Assembly: GCA_050246755.1 (NCBI GenBank) | Contig: JBFWVL010000007.1 | Span: 1 to 64,000, forward strand | Length of the DNA stretch: 64,000 nucleotides | From: Bacteriovoracia bacterium | GTDB taxonomy: Bacteria > Bdellovibrionota > UBA1018 > CAIPTA01 | Direction: 5' to 3' | In this document: positions 1-9,747 of the stretch, piece by piece | Numbering within the stretch: position 1 is the first letter of the stretch | Layout: every line of letters begins with the position of its first letter | Program-made: the position numbers and the translations under genes | The notes under the pieces: generated by a model | Told to the model about the DNA's origin: nothing | Database searches by the model: none | Seen by the model: only the letters and a program-made list of their open reading frames with translations

Positions 1-239
1 AGTTCTTCCCTAAAGCCCGGCATGTGACGTTTAAGGGAAAGCGAGGGGCCAATACCGGACAGGGGGAGTTAAAGAAGGTGGTCTTTGATCCGCTCTTTAG
101 CCTTAACCATACCTGCGCGATGTTTCGGGCCAATGTGAATCGCTTAATCCGCAAAACCTGGTGCACAACCAAGCAAGCCGACCGCCTTTATGCGCATCTC
201 GTGATCTACGCGCATTTTCATAACGAAAACTTGGTTTAA
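1..239 (+). CDS. 3' end of an IS1-like transposase-related protein (5' truncated by window edge)
   Basis: Frame is open from base 3. The C-terminus NHTCAMFRANVNRLIRKTWCTTK...HLVIYAHFHN resembles the IS1-family InsB tail (N.TLR..L.RL.RKT.CFSK...Y...HN). Element ends not visible. Confidence 0.45.
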   Translation, partial: FFPKARHVTFKGKRGANTGQGELKKVVFDPLFSLNHTCAMFRANVNRLIRKTWCTTKQADRLYAHLVIYAHFHNENLV

Positions 240-271
240 GGGCGGCAACTTCCTAAACAACCGCCCCTAAA
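235..271. terminator. Hairpin between convergent genes
   Basis: TTTAAGGGCGG (235-245) and CCGCCCCTAAA (261-271) are near-perfect inverted repeats with a 15-nt loop. Confidence 0.35.
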
Positions 272-279
272 AACAACAA

Positions 280-687
280 TCATGTAGGCCAGTTTGAGAA
301 TAGCGCCAGCACGAGCAGCAGTATCCCCCCCGTAGCCACGATCCAAACCAAAGTGCGCACGTAGTTGATGCCGAACGCATAGACGGGTAAGTAAGCCACG
401 CGTCCCCAGAAATAAAGATGCACGCCGAGGACGGTGAGCATGCTCCAGCGCTGGCTGGCTTGCACGGCGAGCACGGCCGCCGCGAAGAAGGGAAACGTCT
501 CCTTAAAATTTTCAAAGGCTTGGTCGAGGCGGAACGCGGTGCCGGTGAGTGGCGCCGTAGGACCTTCGCGCGTACCGATATTCCAAGCCTTGCCGCGTTG
601 TTTCGTGGCGGCCGTAGCCGCCAAAAATAAGTGAACAAAACCTAATAGGATGCTGGCGCCTAGCATTTGGATTTCGATGGTGGTCAT
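280..687 (-). CDS. MAPEG family membrane protein
   Basis: 135 aa, 3-4 hydrophobic helices, RLDQAFENFKETFPFF and GRVAYLPVY motifs; SD AGGAG upstream. Confidence 0.85.
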   Translation of the reverse strand: MTTIEIQMLGASILLGFVHLFLAATAATKQRGKAWNIGTREGPTAPLTGTAFRLDQAFENFKETFPFFAAAVLAVQASQRWSMLTVLGVHLYFWGRVAYLPVYAFGINYVRTLVWIVATGGILLLVLALFSNWPT

Positions 688-764
688 GGATGCTCCTTTT
701 AGGCACTATGCCCCGGCCGCGGTGCAAAATCAAAGTCACATCTGCTCCATGCTATACTCTGGCC

Positions 765-1877
765 ATGGCCGAAATCACCCAGCGTATTCCTTCGCGGAAA
801 ATTATCCATCTTGATATGGATTGTTTCTATGCGGCCGTAGAGGTGAAGCATCGCCCCGAGCTAAAGGGCAAGGCGATTGGAATCGGCGGCCCGCCGGACT
901 CCCGATCGGTTCTTTGTACGGCTAGCTACGAGGCGCGGAAGTTTAAGGTTCGTTCCGCGATGCCTTCTTCGCAGGCGGTGCGGCTTTGCCCGCATTTGAT
1001 CTTGATCCCTCCTAATTTTGAGCTCTACAAAAAAGAGAGCCAGGCGGTGCAGGAAGTTTTTTATCACTATACTAATTTAGTAGAGCCTTTATCGCTCGAC
1101 GAAGCGTACCTCGACGTTACGAATTCTTCGCATTGCAACGGGAGCGCCACGCTGATCGCGAAAGAAATTCGCGGGATCATCGAGCACGATTTGAAGTTAA
1201 CGGCGTCGGCCGGAATTGCGCCTAATAAATTTCTAGCAAAAGTGGCGAGTGACTGGAACAAACCGAATGGGCAGTTCGTGATTCGTCCCCGGGATGTGGC
1301 GGCATTCGTGAAGACGCTCGAGGTGGAAAAAATCCATGGCGTAGGAAAGGTGACGAGCAAGCGGATGCATGAGCTTGGCCTTCATACCTGTGCCGATATC
1401 CAGGCCCAGCCTTTGGCGAAGCTCAAGGAATGGTTCGGCTCGAGGGGAGAATATCTAGCGGAGGTGGCGCACGGAATCGACGACCGGGCGGTGGAGCCGC
1501 ATTCGGAGCGGAAGTCCCTCACTGTGGAGGAAACGTTTAACCGCGATATCGCCACGTTGGAGGGGTGCCTGGCGGCGTTGCCGGGGCTTTACCGTGATTG
1601 GCAGCGTAGGATGGCGTCTGGGGATTACCGCGATCGTATCCGGGGATTCGTGGTGAAAATTAAATTCTCCGATTTTAAGGGTACTACACACGAGCTTTCC
1701 TCGCGGCGCTGGCCCACCGAGCAGGATTTTAACGAATTGCTTCGGAAGGCATGGGAGCGGGGCGCGCGGCCGGTACGGTTGGTGGGCATCGGGGTGCGTT
1801 TAGCGGGGGAATTGAGTCCGGTGCGGGAGATTCCCGAAGAAGAGAAGCGCCCCTACCAGCTGAAGTTGAAAATTTAA
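765..1877 (+). CDS. dinB: DNA polymerase IV (Y family)
   Basis: IIHLDMDCFYAAVE, SYEARKFKV, SLDEAYLDVT, GIAPNKFLAKVASDWNKPNG. Start moved to ATG 765. Confidence 0.95.
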   Translation: MAEITQRIPSRKIIHLDMDCFYAAVEVKHRPELKGKAIGIGGPPDSRSVLCTASYEARKFKVRSAMPSSQAVRLCPHLILIPPNFELYKKESQAVQEVFYHYTNLVEPLSLDEAYLDVTNSSHCNGSATLIAKEIRGIIEHDLKLTASAGIAPNKFLAKVASDWNKPNGQFVIRPRDVAAFVKTLEVEKIHGVGKVTSKRMHELGLHTCADIQAQPLAKLKEWFGSRGEYLAEVAHGIDDRAVEPHSERKSLTVEETFNRDIATLEGCLAALPGLYRDWQRRMASGDYRDRIRGFVVKIKFSDFKGTTHELSSRRWPTEQDFNELLRKAWERGARPVRLVGIGVRLAGELSPVREIPEEEKRPYQLKLKI

Positions 1878-2479
1878 CCGGCTTTCTTTTCGAAATACTG
1901 AAGGTCTACGAAAACGCTCGCGACGAGCACGAGCCATCGTTCGTTGGTTTGCAGGAGCGGAGAGAATTTTACGAAAAAATTATCGCCGTCGGTGAATACT
2001 TCGGTTAAAAATCCCGACCAGCGCTTCTGGATCGCGGCCACTTCCTGATGGCCTCGGAAGATGGGGAAAGTCCAGAAAGAGAAAAAACCCGATTCCATAT
2101 GCAGAATCACTTGGCCGGATTCGTTTTCCAGATCGAAGCGCTTGCGGAAAATCCCGAACTTTTGCTGAATGGCTCCAAGGTATTGGCCGTCGGGCAGACA
2201 AACTTCGAGGCGTTGAAAGAAAATGCGGAACGGATGCTTCGCTTGCAGCATGAGCTGGCGACGGGCGTCGAAAAAATGCAATTCGAAGCTGCGCCAATGG
2301 CCGAGAAAATAGCGCATTAGAGCCCCAAAGAGCCCGGCGCGCTGTTCGGCGCAGAATCCGATCGAGCGGCCTTCGGGATCTCGTATCTCGTATTTGTTGC
2401 GAGTTTCAAAGCCGATGAGTTCGGCCAGCTCTCTGCGTTGCGTGAGAATCACAGAAGCAAGGCCTTCGAGCGGGTTCAT
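1874..2479 (-). CDS. Phospholipid scramblase / LURP-one-related protein
   Basis: ELAELIGFETRNKYEI, IQKRWSG..TE.FTDGDNF.V.F pattern. The start overlaps the kinase stop (ATGA). Confidence 0.8.
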   Translation of the reverse strand: MNPLEGLASVILTQRRELAELIGFETRNKYEIRDPEGRSIGFCAEQRAGLFGALMRYFLGHWRSFELHFFDARRQLMLQAKHPFRIFFQRLEVCLPDGQYLGAIQQKFGIFRKRFDLENESGQVILHMESGFFSFWTFPIFRGHQEVAAIQKRWSGFLTEVFTDGDNFFVKFSPLLQTNERWLVLVASVFVDLQYFEKKAG

Positions 2480-3933
2480 TGCGTTGTCTCTTCCCATGCG
2501 TTGCCTTTTAAGGTGAGTCCTGCCTTCCTTTCCTTCATTACGGAGGCCGCCGGTAAAACTTCTTCCGCGGAATCTTCGGCTGGATCAGGGAAGCGCAGAT
2601 AAATCTCGGTGCCTTGGGCGCTAGAGGAGATATCAATTTTCCAGGCATAAAGCTTACAGACTGAGTGAACGTAGGCCAGCCCCAGGCCATGGCCTTTGGT
2701 ACGAGTGCTGCGCACGGAATCATCGCGGTTGAAAGGTTCTCCGATTCGTTCCAAAACCTGACGGGGCATTCCCGGCCCGCGATCGGCGATGCGGATCATT
2801 TGGGGCGCGGGGGAACTTATCTCCACCGGTGTTCCTAAGGGGGAATAGAGGAGCGCATTGGTAACCAGATTCATGAGCAAGTGTTCGAAGTGCTGAAGGT
2901 TACTAAGCACGTAGAAATCATTTTCCACGTTCACGACTAAGCGGCCGTTGAACTTATTGGCAAGGCGGCGCTGGATATCGCACAGGATAGTTCTGGCAGA
3001 AACGGCGTAGAGGTTTTTTTGTGTCGAAGCGCCCTCGAGCTCAGCCCAGGTGAGAAACTCGGTCACGGTTTCGGAAGCTTCCATCAATTCCTTGAGTAAG
3101 GCCTGCGCCAACTCCGGCTTGATCTCGCCAGTTTTGCGGGCGTTCGCGATTTCTCCTTCCATAATGGCCAGCGGAGTCTTCAGTTCATGGGCCATTTGAT
3201 AAGACCAGACGCGGGAGAGCTTATATCCGCGATTTACTTTTTCCATCAGCGAGGAAAAGCTGTCCACGAGCCGGCGTAGCTCGTCGCGCTTTTTGGGAAC
3301 GTGCTTGAACCGGGCCAGTTCTTTCGGGAGGGGGGGCAAGGCAAGGGCCGACTCGGGGGATATACTCGAGATAAAATTCACGAGCTGCGAGATCGGGCGC
3401 AGGAGAGTGGAAGTAAGGGCCCAGGCGGTGATCCATCCCAGCAAAAAAATACTGCCCACGAAAAATAAGTTTCCGGGCGAGAAATACGCCGGAGAAATCA
3501 GGGAATTATCCACCACGAGTCCCACCTGCAGGGTGCGGTCGGGGATATTGGGCAAAGGGATATTCAGCACGCGGATCAATTTTTCGCGGTTATAGAGCGT
3601 GATCCACTCGGAGTCGTAGGGGATGTTCTTGATCGGCAGGAGCTTTGCGCCCACGCTCTGAAAGATTATTTTTCCCGATAGGTCGCGAATCACGAAGAGC
3701 TTACCGATGCGCGATTCCCCGAGCTCGTCGGAGAGAATCTTATCCACTTTTTCGAACTCCACCTCCCGGTAGCGGTTGAGGTCGGAGGCGAGAAGGATAT
3801 TCGCGGCTTCGCGAACCTGGTTATCGACGCGCGCCAGGCGATCATTGCGGAGCAGGCGGCCGTGCAGGAGCGTGGCGAATAGGGCCACTATGGTGAGAAC
3901 CGAGAAGATGATCCAGAAAAATCTAGCCCTCAA
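2476..3933 (-). CDS. Membrane sensor histidine kinase (HAMP-HisKA-HATPase)
   Basis: Two TM helices, H-box AHELKTPL, N-box NLVTNA, G1 DRGPG, G2 GHGLGL. Confidence 0.92.
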   Translation of the reverse strand: MRARFFWIIFSVLTIVALFATLLHGRLLRNDRLARVDNQVREAANILLASDLNRYREVEFEKVDKILSDELGESRIGKLFVIRDLSGKIIFQSVGAKLLPIKNIPYDSEWITLYNREKLIRVLNIPLPNIPDRTLQVGLVVDNSLISPAYFSPGNLFFVGSIFLLGWITAWALTSTLLRPISQLVNFISSISPESALALPPLPKELARFKHVPKKRDELRRLVDSFSSLMEKVNRGYKLSRVWSYQMAHELKTPLAIMEGEIANARKTGEIKPELAQALLKELMEASETVTEFLTWAELEGASTQKNLYAVSARTILCDIQRRLANKFNGRLVVNVENDFYVLSNLQHFEHLLMNLVTNALLYSPLGTPVEISSPAPQMIRIADRGPGMPRQVLERIGEPFNRDDSVRSTRTKGHGLGLAYVHSVCKLYAWKIDISSSAQGTEIYLRFPDPAEDSAEEVLPAASVMKERKAGLTLKGNAWEETTQ

Positions 3934-4594
3934 TCCAGTAACCGATGTTGCGCTGATTTTTAATCTCGAACCCGCAATCCAGGGCCGCGATTCGTTTTCG
4001 TAAATTCGTTACGGTAGCTTCCACGAGATTCGTTTCCGAGTGGTTGATGTTTCCCCAAACGGATTCCAGCAGTTCTGGGCGACTCAGGACTTTGCCTTGC
4101 TCGTTGGAAAGCGCATTCAAAACCATGAACTCTCTCGCGGGCAGATTTTCAAATTTCGCGCCTTTGGAGATCCGGCGGTTGGTGAGGTCGAGCAGGGCCC
4201 CGCCAATTTTGCGGGTATCGCCCTGGGTGCTTGATCCGCGGCGGCTGAGGGAGCGAACGCGCGCGATCAGCTCCTCGGTCAAGAAGGGCTTTCCTAAATA
4301 ATCGTCGGCCCCTTGATTGATCAGATCGGCGCGCTCGAGGGGTGTGCTGATAGTGGAAATAATTAGGATGGGGGTCTGTGGCCAGTGCGCACGTAACTCG
4401 GAAAGCTTGTCCTTGGAATCCGTCGCTCCCAGTAGCCGGTCCAAAATCACCAGTCCGAATTTTTTAGTTTGAAGAAATTGGTACAGTTCCTCGGTGGTGG
4501 CGGCGCATTCCACCATAAATCCTTCGCCTTCGAGGGAGCGGGCGATTAGGGAGGAAAGTTTCAAATCGTCTTCGACGAGTAGGACACGCTTCAT
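3923..4594 (-). CDS. OmpR-family response regulator
   Basis: LLVEDD, ILD, GADDYLGKPF receiver, then winged helix (NLVEATVTNLRKRI...RNIGY). Start moved to MKRVLL. Confidence 0.92.
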   Translation of the reverse strand: MKRVLLVEDDLKLSSLIARSLEGEGFMVECAATTEELYQFLQTKKFGLVILDRLLGATDSKDKLSELRAHWPQTPILIISTISTPLERADLINQGADDYLGKPFLTEELIARVRSLSRRGSSTQGDTRKIGGALLDLTNRRISKGAKFENLPAREFMVLNALSNEQGKVLSRPELLESVWGNINHSETNLVEATVTNLRKRIAALDCGFEIKNQRNIGYWIEG

Positions 4595-4774
4595 TTTGGG
4601 CAGCATAGCAAACTGCACAGAGTACGGAAATTATTGGTTTCCCCAAAATGAGAGATTTTTTAGTGATTTATGACCCAACGCCGCTTCACGATCCATTAAG
4701 ATGAAATCTGGGCCAATTATGGCTGGAAAAGGCATTCTAGGAAGGGATGCGGCGCGGCGCGCTCTATCAAAATT

Positions 4775-5632
4775 ATGCAAAATCATCAGCTCTTGGCCTC
4801 TTTCTACTCCCCAGAATTTCTGGGCAGTCCCGATTTCTCGCTCGTTATTCCCTGTTATTGCGAGGCCCCATTTTTGCGCGCTAGTGTTTTGCGCCTGGTA
4901 GATCTTCTTTCCGTGGGAAAATTCCAGTACGAAATGGTGTTCGTGGAGGACAATTCCCCGGATCAAACCCTCAGTATTCTATCCGATCTCGTCGTGGAGT
5001 TGAGAAATCGCGGGGTATCCCACTCTATTATCGCGCACAAAAAGAACATGGGCCGCGGAGCCGCGGTGAAGACCGGCATCCACGCGGCTAAGGGGAAGAT
5101 CGCGGGTTTCATTGATATCGATCTTGAAAACTCCCCCGACGCTATTTTTCCGATGTACGCGTTGATCGATAGCCAGGAATTAGACTTAGTGGTGGGCGCG
5201 CGGGTGCAGTTCGGTGCCGAGTTACGTCCCATCCGCCGTCTTACGCATTTAATATATAAATGGCTGGTTCATTCTTTGGTTTCGTTGCCTGTGTCCGATA
5301 CGGAAACCGGCCTAAAATTATTCCGCCGCGAAGCGATTGCCGCCCTGCTGGAGCTTACCGAAAATAATCATTGGTTTTGGGATACCGAAGTGGTGCTCGT
5401 GGCGCACGCTTGTGGGCTAAAAGTAGGTCAGCACCCCGTGCTCTTTTACCGCGACGCCACCAAGCAAAGCACGGTACGTATCGTAAGGGATTCCTTCCTC
5501 TATCTCAAGGCACTCGTGGAGTATCGTCGCTGGCCGATCAAAACGCGGGTTTTGCTGGAAGCCAATCGCAAAGAAACGGCCGAAGAATCATTAGGCTATT
5601 CTTCTGCCCGTCCGGAAGTTCCCGACGCTTGA
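4775..5632 (+). CDS. Glycosyltransferase family 2 (dolichyl-phosphate glycosyltransferase-like)
   Basis: SLVIPCY, VEDNSPDQT, NMGRGAAV, FIDID, DTETGLKLF, WFWDTE. Confidence 0.88.
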   Translation: MQNHQLLASFYSPEFLGSPDFSLVIPCYCEAPFLRASVLRLVDLLSVGKFQYEMVFVEDNSPDQTLSILSDLVVELRNRGVSHSIIAHKKNMGRGAAVKTGIHAAKGKIAGFIDIDLENSPDAIFPMYALIDSQELDLVVGARVQFGAELRPIRRLTHLIYKWLVHSLVSLPVSDTETGLKLFRREAIAALLELTENNHWFWDTEVVLVAHACGLKVGQHPVLFYRDATKQSTVRIVRDSFLYLKALVEYRRWPIKTRVLLEANRKETAEESLGYSSARPEVPDA

Positions 5633-5653
5633 GATTTGTGATAATCGTGGGCA

Positions 5654-6016
5654 ATGAAGCTCATTCGATTTCTGCTCGGAAAGATCATCCTTTTACTCAA
5701 CGCGCTCTTTCCGCCAAAAGCCGTGGTGCGCACGTTAGCGGAACAAGAGCGCATTAATGCGGGACTCGCTAGCCTCTCGCTCTACCAGTACGAGGCCTGC
5801 CCTTTTTGCGTGAAGGTGAGAAGGTTTTTACGCGCGCAGGCGATCACTATAGAATTGCGTGACGCAAAGAAGGATCCGGCGCGGCAGGAGTTGCTCGAGG
5901 GTGGCGGTAAGCTGCAGGTGCCCTGCCTGAGAATTCCTCAGGGAAATGGCCGAGACCACTGGCTCTATGAGTCGAGCGACATTATTTCTTACCTAAAAAC
6001 GGAGCTGAAACTCTGA
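5654..6016 (+). CDS. Glutaredoxin / GST N-terminal-like protein
   Basis: CPFC active site, GGGKLQVPCL, WLYESSDII. Confidence 0.88.
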   Translation: MKLIRFLLGKIILLLNALFPPKAVVRTLAEQERINAGLASLSLYQYEACPFCVKVRRFLRAQAITIELRDAKKDPARQELLEGGGKLQVPCLRIPQGNGRDHWLYESSDIISYLKTELKL

Positions 6017-6026
6017 GTCTCCAGAA

Positions 6027-6830
6027 TTAGCCGGTTCTTCTTGGGGGCAGGGGCAGGAATATCGATACCCTTTTTTTATATTCGCCCCATCCGGTTCGTT
6101 TCTCCATGATTTCTTCCAGCATCGGCACCCCGGATACTTTCAGCAGCAGGAAAGTGATCATCAGCGGGGAAATCACCGTGATCCAGCCAAATGGCAAAGG
6201 CAAAGCAAACAGAAAGAGTCCCCACCACTGCGTGGCCTCGCCGAAATAATTAGGGTGCCGGGTCCAGCTCCAGAGGCCGGTGGTCATCAGCTTTCCCTGA
6301 TTCGCCGGCTGCCGCATAAAATTTTTCAGCTGTTGATCGCCCACGGCTTCGAAGAAAAATCCCAACAGCCAAAGCGCCAGGCCCGCGTAGGCGCAGGCTT
6401 CCATGCCTTCGGAGGAGTAAGCGATCACCCACACGATCGGCGCGCCGATAACCAGCATGACGACGCTTTGGAGCAGGTACACTTTCAGGTACGACCATAG
6501 TATTTGGTGCTTACCCCAATTTTTGCGCCATCCGTTATAGCGAGGGTCTTCCCGGAGCGGCATTTTCAGGTTGCGCTTGCCCACGTGGTAGGCGAGGCGT
6601 ATGGCCCACGTAGATACGAGCAGGAATACCAACAGTGAGCGAGCATCGAAGGGGCTGGCCCCCGTGAGATGGCTTTTCCAGGAAAGCGCGGCGGCGGCGG
6701 AAAGAGGAAAGACGGGTCCCCAAAGAACATCCGCGAAATCGTTTTTTTTAAAAATGGCGGCGGGAATAAAGACCAGGTGAAAGAGACTGACGCCGGCGAA
6801 GGTGAACGCGAACCAGGCTTGCGCGAACAT
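6027..6830 (-). CDS. DUF1295 / steroid 5-alpha-reductase-like membrane protein
   Basis: EDPRY, GLWSWTRHPNYFGE, multiple TM helices. Confidence 0.9.
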   Translation of the reverse strand: MFAQAWFAFTFAGVSLFHLVFIPAAIFKKNDFADVLWGPVFPLSAAAALSWKSHLTGASPFDARSLLVFLLVSTWAIRLAYHVGKRNLKMPLREDPRYNGWRKNWGKHQILWSYLKVYLLQSVVMLVIGAPIVWVIAYSSEGMEACAYAGLALWLLGFFFEAVGDQQLKNFMRQPANQGKLMTTGLWSWTRHPNYFGEATQWWGLFLFALPLPFGWITVISPLMITFLLLKVSGVPMLEEIMEKRTGWGEYKKRVSIFLPLPPRRTG

Positions 6831-6890
6831 AGAAGTCTCCAGGAAAGCTTCATAGTAGCGTGAATGGGTAAAAAGAAGGTGAACCGAGGC

Positions 6891-6925
6891 AAAAAAAAAC
6901 CCAGGCGGTTAAGCCCGGGTTTTTT
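6891..6925 (-). terminator. Rho-independent terminator of the RRM gene
   Basis: A9-CCCAGGC ... GCCCGGG-T6: GC stem with A/T tracts on both sides. Confidence 0.75.
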
Positions 6926-6942
6926 CTGTGGGTCCCTAAGGA

Positions 6943-7248
6943 CTACCAGCGATTTCCGCCGCCGCCACCGCCGCCGCCGAAGCCACGGTTCTCACGGGGA
7001 GCCATTGGCTTAGCTTCGTTAACGGTAAGGGCACGGCCTTCCCAGTCAGTGCCGTTCAGTTTGCTGATAGCAGTTTGAGCTTCTGCTTCCGTGGACATTT
7101 CCACGAAGCCGAAACCTTTGCTGCGACCAGTGTCACGGTCGGTGATGATTTTCGAGCTCTCCACGGTGCCGCATTGTGCGAATGCGTCCGAAAGAGAAGC
7201 GTCAGTTGCAGAATAGGGCAGGTTGCCCACGTATAGTTTCTTTCCCAT
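6943..7248 (-). CDS. RRM (RNP-1) RNA-binding protein with Gly-rich tail
   Basis: RNP2 LYVGNL, RNP1 KGFGFVEM, poly-Gly C-terminus; SD GGAGG. Confidence 0.95.
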   Translation of the reverse strand: MGKKLYVGNLPYSATDASLSDAFAQCGTVESSKIITDRDTGRSKGFGFVEMSTEAEAQTAISKLNGTDWEGRALTVNEAKPMAPRENRGFGGGGGGGGNRW

Positions 7249-7481
7249 ATAACCTCCAAAAGGCCGGGTGCCACTAAGAGGATATGGACACTATGTCCGC
7301 AGACTCACTAGAAGGCGAATGATGAGGCCGCAAAGTAGCATAGGGTTTTTAGGGGAGCAATGGCTCATTCAGTCAAAGTGGCTCCTTTTTCAAAGATTTC
7401 GGCCAAGTAAGGGCCTTCCCGAAACGGCCTTTAGGGTTGGGTTTTATTTACGGGCCGAGAAAACTAACCTAGAATTCGGCT

Positions 7482-8174
7482 ATGGATATCAATTTAGTCG
7501 CCACCTTTTTCGTACTCGTGGGCCTTGAGATCGTACTTGGGATCGACAATATATTGCTCATCGCCATCCTGACCGACCGTTTGCCGCCCGAGAAGCGGAG
7601 TATGGCCCGTTTCGTGGGATTGAGCCTGGCCTTGGTCGCCCGTTGCGTCCTCCTCCTCGGAGCCGCCTATGTAGTGAAGCTGAGCGAACCCGTTTTCCTG
7701 AACCTGAGCTGGAAGAGCGTTATTTTGGTCGGCGGAGGGGGCTTTCTTCTCTTTAAGGCGGTGAAGGAAATCCATCATGTGGTGGAGAAACGCCACGATC
7801 ACGATCAGGTGGGGGCGGCATACTCCACTTTTAGCGCCGTGATTGGGCAAATGATTGCGCTCGATCTGGTGTTCTCGATCGATTCCGTGATCACGGCGGT
7901 AGGGCTAACGGATCACTTGGGAGTGATCTACGCCGCCGTGGTGGCTTCTTTCGTGTTGGTACTGCTCTTTTCGGGCGCCATTGCGAGCTTCGTGCAGCGA
8001 AACGTAACGCTGAAGATCCTCGCGCTTTCTTTCCTCGTCACCATCGGAGTCACCCTGGTAATCGAGGGCCTTGGAGGACACGTGCCCAAGGGCTATATTT
8101 ATTTGCCGATGGCGTTCGCCTTAGGGGTGGAGCTTTTGCAGATGCGCTTTCTGAGCAATCAAGGCAGGAAATGA
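7482..8174 (+). CDS. terC: TerC family integral membrane protein
   Basis: LEIVLGIDN and DLVFSIDSVITAVG motifs. Confidence 0.9.
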   Translation: MDINLVATFFVLVGLEIVLGIDNILLIAILTDRLPPEKRSMARFVGLSLALVARCVLLLGAAYVVKLSEPVFLNLSWKSVILVGGGGFLLFKAVKEIHHVVEKRHDHDQVGAAYSTFSAVIGQMIALDLVFSIDSVITAVGLTDHLGVIYAAVVASFVLVLLFSGAIASFVQRNVTLKILALSFLVTIGVTLVIEGLGGHVPKGYIYLPMAFALGVELLQMRFLSNQGRK

Positions 8175-8181
8175 ATTCTAG

Positions 8182-8326
8182 CTGGTCTACTTGATTGTTG
8201 TTTTTACGGCGATTCGCGCGTGCATTCGCGAACCTACGTCCACCCGGTATAATTCAGAAACCATTTTAAAAATTGTCGAATGACTGCGTGTGGTTAGCGG
8301 CTTCCATCAACAATTAAGTAGACCAG
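8182..8326. mobile_element. MITE-like element with 19-bp terminal inverted repeats
   Basis: CTGGTCTACTTGATTGTTG (8182-8200) and CAACAATTAAGTAGACCAG (8308-8326) are reverse complements at 18/19 positions. Non-coding interior; no clear target-site duplication. Confidence 0.5.
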
Positions 8327-8329
8327 GTC

Positions 8330-9112
8330 TTAATGTATTTGCGCTCGGATCCAATTGCGCGCAGGCCATACCAGTTCGGAGGAGGCACCGGTGCTGGGAC
8401 CGGAGCCGCAGCCGTTTCCTAGGCTATGTATGGCCACGAGAGCCCTTGAGCTTTCACTGCCCAGCAGCACAGCGCCGCCCGAGTCGCCGGGACATACGTT
8501 TTGTTGGTGGGAATTTTTTTGTTCGAGGCCTACGCGGCCGTCAAATTGTTCGATCGCCTGTAGCTGTCCCAGCATTTTTCCCCAGCGCAGGGTCATGCCT
8601 CCCGTGTGTCCGTTATGGAAACCGTAGCCTACGTCGGTCACGGGGATCCACTTCCCGGAATCCAACTGGGGAAAGGCCGAGAGAGCTACCGGCCGCACCG
8701 GTGCGGGAAAGGGGGTGCTGAGCTGAATGATGGCCAGATCGTTGCGGATGATGGTGATCCCATATTGATCACGGCGGTTTGAATATTCGGGGTGCACGGC
8801 GAGGCTTACTGCCTTGGCTTTATAATAGCCTCCGCGTGGGTTCATCACGCTCACGGTCATGCTGCCGGGGCGCACGCCTGCCGCGCAGTGGCCGGCGGTG
8901 ATCAGGGTCTGTGGCGAGAGAAAGCTCGCCGAGCAAAAGCTGCCGTTACCATAGGTAAGCATAGCTACCGTGGAAGCGAGCGCGCCGCCGCGGGGCACGC
9001 CATTCCCATTCTCGATTAGGGACCGAAAATCGCTGGCGTCGGCGCTGGCGGCGGAGATGAATAAAAAAAGGCAAAGGAGCTGGGAGAGCGCAAAGCGCAG
9101 GAAGTGGGGCAT
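8330..9112 (-). CDS. Secreted trypsin-like (S1) serine protease
   Basis: Signal peptide; catalytic TAGHC, NDLAII, GDSGG; SD GGAGG before ATG 9112. Confidence 0.92.
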   Translation of the reverse strand: MPHFLRFALSQLLCLFLFISAASADASDFRSLIENGNGVPRGGALASTVAMLTYGNGSFCSASFLSPQTLITAGHCAAGVRPGSMTVSVMNPRGGYYKAKAVSLAVHPEYSNRRDQYGITIIRNDLAIIQLSTPFPAPVRPVALSAFPQLDSGKWIPVTDVGYGFHNGHTGGMTLRWGKMLGQLQAIEQFDGRVGLEQKNSHQQNVCPGDSGGAVLLGSESSRALVAIHSLGNGCGSGPSTGASSELVWPARNWIRAQIH

Positions 9113-9312
9113 TCGTCCTCCATGGCGAATTAGGGGCATGTCGATTATTTTCTAACCGCGGCGTAAATTCATTATTGCGAAGCGCCAAGCGGATTTCAAG
9201 CGAAGAGCGGCGAGAAGAGAAATTTTTAGACGAGTAAAATCCTCGAGTCCAAAAATACCCCACGGCAAATAAACAATAAATATTTTCACATGAACGCGCA
9301 GAGAATTACGCG

Positions 9313-9343
9313 AAAAAAAGAGCGGCTTGGGGGCCGCCCTTTT
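9313..9343 (-). terminator. Terminator of the YtxH operon
   Basis: A7-G-AGCGGC/GCCGCC-CTTTT hairpin. Confidence 0.6.
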
Positions 9344-9364
9344 AAGATCGACGATTTCCCCTGG

Positions 9365-9724
9365 CTAATGCAGGTAAGCGGAATTTTCCGCTTTTGCTTC
9401 CAGGCTTTCCGGTTCTTCTTTCCAGCCGGGAATGGCTTCGGAAATTTTCGCGATCAAGCCCTGGGTGCTTTCCTTCCAGCCACGAGCGGTTTGTTCCGCG
9501 AGGCGGGAAGCATCGTTCTTCCACGCTATCCCGCGCTGGCGGATTTGCGTCCGCCGCTTTTTCCCCTCGGAGGGATCCAAGAGGTACATTGCGGCCGAGC
9601 CCACCACGGCACCAGCCACAAACCACCCGAGCAGAGCTAGTCCGCTTTTGCGGCGCCCAAGCTGGGGAAGACTATCTATTGCGTCCGCTACCAGCGAACG
9701 CGTATCGCGGAAAGATTTGTTCAT
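9365..9724 (-). CDS. YtxH domain-containing protein
   Basis: GWFVAGAVVGSAAMYLLDPSEGKKRRTQIR signature. Confidence 0.8.
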   Translation of the reverse strand: MNKSFRDTRSLVADAIDSLPQLGRRKSGLALLGWFVAGAVVGSAAMYLLDPSEGKKRRTQIRQRGIAWKNDASRLAEQTARGWKESTQGLIAKISEAIPGWKEEPESLEAKAENSAYLH

Positions 9725-9747
9725 GGTTCCACTCCTTTGCGGGTTGG

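Noticed and set aside
7249-7340. Possible riboswitch in the RRM gene leader
   Set aside because: Only a 5-bp hairpin (GGACA/TGTCC) is visible; no known aptamer motif recognised.
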